Source: Candidatus Bathyarchaeota archaeon (GTDB taxonomy: Archaea; Thermoproteota; Bathyarchaeia; Bathyarchaeales; Bathycorpusculaceae). Taken from it: a DNA stretch of 64,000 nt. Under the pieces are notes generated by a model, which was given only the letters and a program-made list of their open reading frames with translations, searched no databases and was not told where the DNA came from. The position numbers and the translations under genes are program-made. The stretch lies in assembly GCA_963833575.1 (NCBI GenBank), contig CAWHXY010000004.1, positions 384,001-448,000 on the forward strand. Direction: 5' to 3'. Positions 62,694 to 64,000 of this stretch are shown in pieces (within the stretch, counting starts at the first letter, position 1; each line of letters starts with the position of its first letter).

Positions 62694-63557
62694 TTACACC
62701 TTTAGCAAGTGATTAAGGGCTGCCTTTCTCATAACCTCTACTGGTGCATTGCACGCGGTCCAGATTTCAAAAGAGGCAGCGCCTTGATAAATTAACATTT
62801 CAACCCCACTTACTACTTTGGCGCCAGCCGCTTTGGAATCTTTAGTTAATTTTGTTTCAATTGGGTTGTACACTATGTCCATTACAGCTAAGTCAGGTTT
62901 CAACCATTCAGGCTCCACAAGGGTTTGGTCTACGTTTGGTTTCATACCGACTGAAGTGGCATTAATGAGCACGTCGGCATCAGCAAGATTATCTTTAAGT
63001 GAGACTGGCGAAAGGCTGCCGCCCTTGATTTTTTTGTTAAACTTTTGGCTTAAGAGATTAGCTAAACATTCTGCCTGTTCAGATGTGCGATTCAAAATTA
63101 CCAATTTATCTGCTTCCTGTGAAAGTGTGTAAGCAATGGCTTTTGCCGCGCCACCCGCTCCAAGCAACAATACTTTTTTGCCTCTCGGCTTAACGCCGTT
63201 CTGTTCAAGGGCATTTAGTGCGCCCACACCGTCAGTGTTAAAACCAAAAAGTTTTCCATCCTTATTTAAAATAGTATTGATTGAAGCTATAGTTTTAGCA
63301 GTCGGATCTGTCTCATCCAAATATTTGATGACCGCATTTTTGTGAGGCATGGTAACGTTTAACCCGTGAATATTCAAAGCACGCACACCATTTATTGCCT
63401 TTTCAACTTCAGCCGTTTTTACCTTGAAAGCCAAAAAAACATAATCAAGCTCTAATGCTTCAAACGCAGCATTCTGCATTATTGGGCTAAGAGTATGCTC
63501 AATAGGATTACCGATTACTCCACAAACCCTTGTTGTTCCCGAAACAACCATTTTCAC
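62694..63557 (-). CDS. aroE: Shikimate dehydrogenase
   Basis: NVTMPHK, NTDG, GAGGAA, NATSVG. Confidence 0.95.
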   Translation of the reverse strand: MKMVVSGTTRVCGVIGNPIEHTLSPIMQNAAFEALELDYVFLAFKVKTAEVEKAINGVRALNIHGLNVTMPHKNAVIKYLDETDPTAKTIASINTILNKDGKLFGFNTDGVGALNALEQNGVKPRGKKVLLLGAGGAAKAIAYTLSQEADKLVILNRTSEQAECLANLLSQKFNKKIKGGSLSPVSLKDNLADADVLINATSVGMKPNVDQTLVEPEWLKPDLAVMDIVYNPIETKLTKDSKAAGAKVVSGVEMLIYQGAASFEIWTACNAPVEVMRKAALNHLLKV

Positions 63558-64000
63558 TTTACCCCTAGAAGATCGTAAGCAGATCTCATTTCTTGAATAC
63601 TCATCTGTCCAGATGCAGTTTCGCTTCCCTGTTCAAGTGAAGCAAAAGTGAAGAAGGCACCAAACAATGGTGAGAGGAGCCTAGAGATTTTGCCTTTTTC
63701 GCCCATGCAGAAACAGACAAGTTTCAGGCTGCTTGGCTTAGAAGAAACGAAATTTAGCGTCGGCAGGTTGTCTTCGATTTTCTTTGCGGTTGTTACTATT
63801 TTGCAGACGTCCGCTCCACTGGAGAGTTCTTGTTCTAGAATCTTTTCTATTTCGGAAATGCTTAGTGCGCCGTCGAATTTGTGGTATGATACGATTGGTT
63901 TGGCGCCCAACTGCTGGATTTCATCGATTGTTTCTTTACATTTTGAGCTTGATAGGTCAACATCAACATATTCAAAGCCATTTTTAGCAGCGTTAAGTAA
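63554..64000 (-). CDS. aroD: Type I 3-dehydroquinate dehydratase, partial (runs off right edge)
   Basis: Frame open to edge; YVDVD, VSYH, CKIV, MGEKG..SR, ASGQ. Confidence 0.9.
   Translation of the reverse strand, partial: LLNAAKNGFEYVDVDLSSSKCKETIDEIQQLGAKPIVSYHKFDGALSISEIEKILEQELSSGADVCKIVTTAKKIEDNLPTLNFVSSKPSSLKLVCFCMGEKGKISRLLSPLFGAFFTFASLEQGSETASGQMSIQEMRSAYDLLGVK

Noticed and set aside
111-63987. Many ORF-track entries antisense to or overlapping real genes (e.g. 678-1118, 4577-5083, 6725-7243, 50563-51090)
   Set aside because: Shadow ORFs opposite well-supported genes, with no motifs.
1-64000. tRNA, rRNA, CRISPR array, transposase or integrase
   Set aside because: None recognised by eye in this window.

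Overview
AT-rich archaeal chromosomal segment. The gene content (archaeal shikimate kinase, LysW pathway, Lrp/TrmB regulators, large secreted PQQ-like beta-propeller paralogs, many Zn-ribbon microproteins) best fits Bathyarchaeia; this assignment is an inference. The left ~33 kb is accessory: zinc-ribbon cluster, hgcC-like/arsM, clpB, surface proteins, secreted phospho/sulfo-esterases. The right ~31 kb is mostly amino-acid biosynthesis: lysWXYZJK, ilvBN-leuCDBA-pheA and an aro/tyrA operon. Most notable are three intergenic non-tRNA elements, each closed by a canonical bulge-helix-bulge (BHB) motif, the substrate of the archaeal splicing endonuclease. Two are homologous minus-strand elements (20482-20588, 29361-29475) whose ~90-95 nt predicted excised/circular RNA is antisense to the RBS/start codon of the beta-propeller gene at 13533. 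The third (6152-6388, +) encloses a ~206-nt highly structured RNA behind its own promoter. Also found: a putative V-L-I-L leader peptide before ilvB, a shared 20-bp operator, a 10-bp-period repeat array, unusual domain fusions and several homopolymer frameshifts. All calls are by eye; no searches or folding programs were run.
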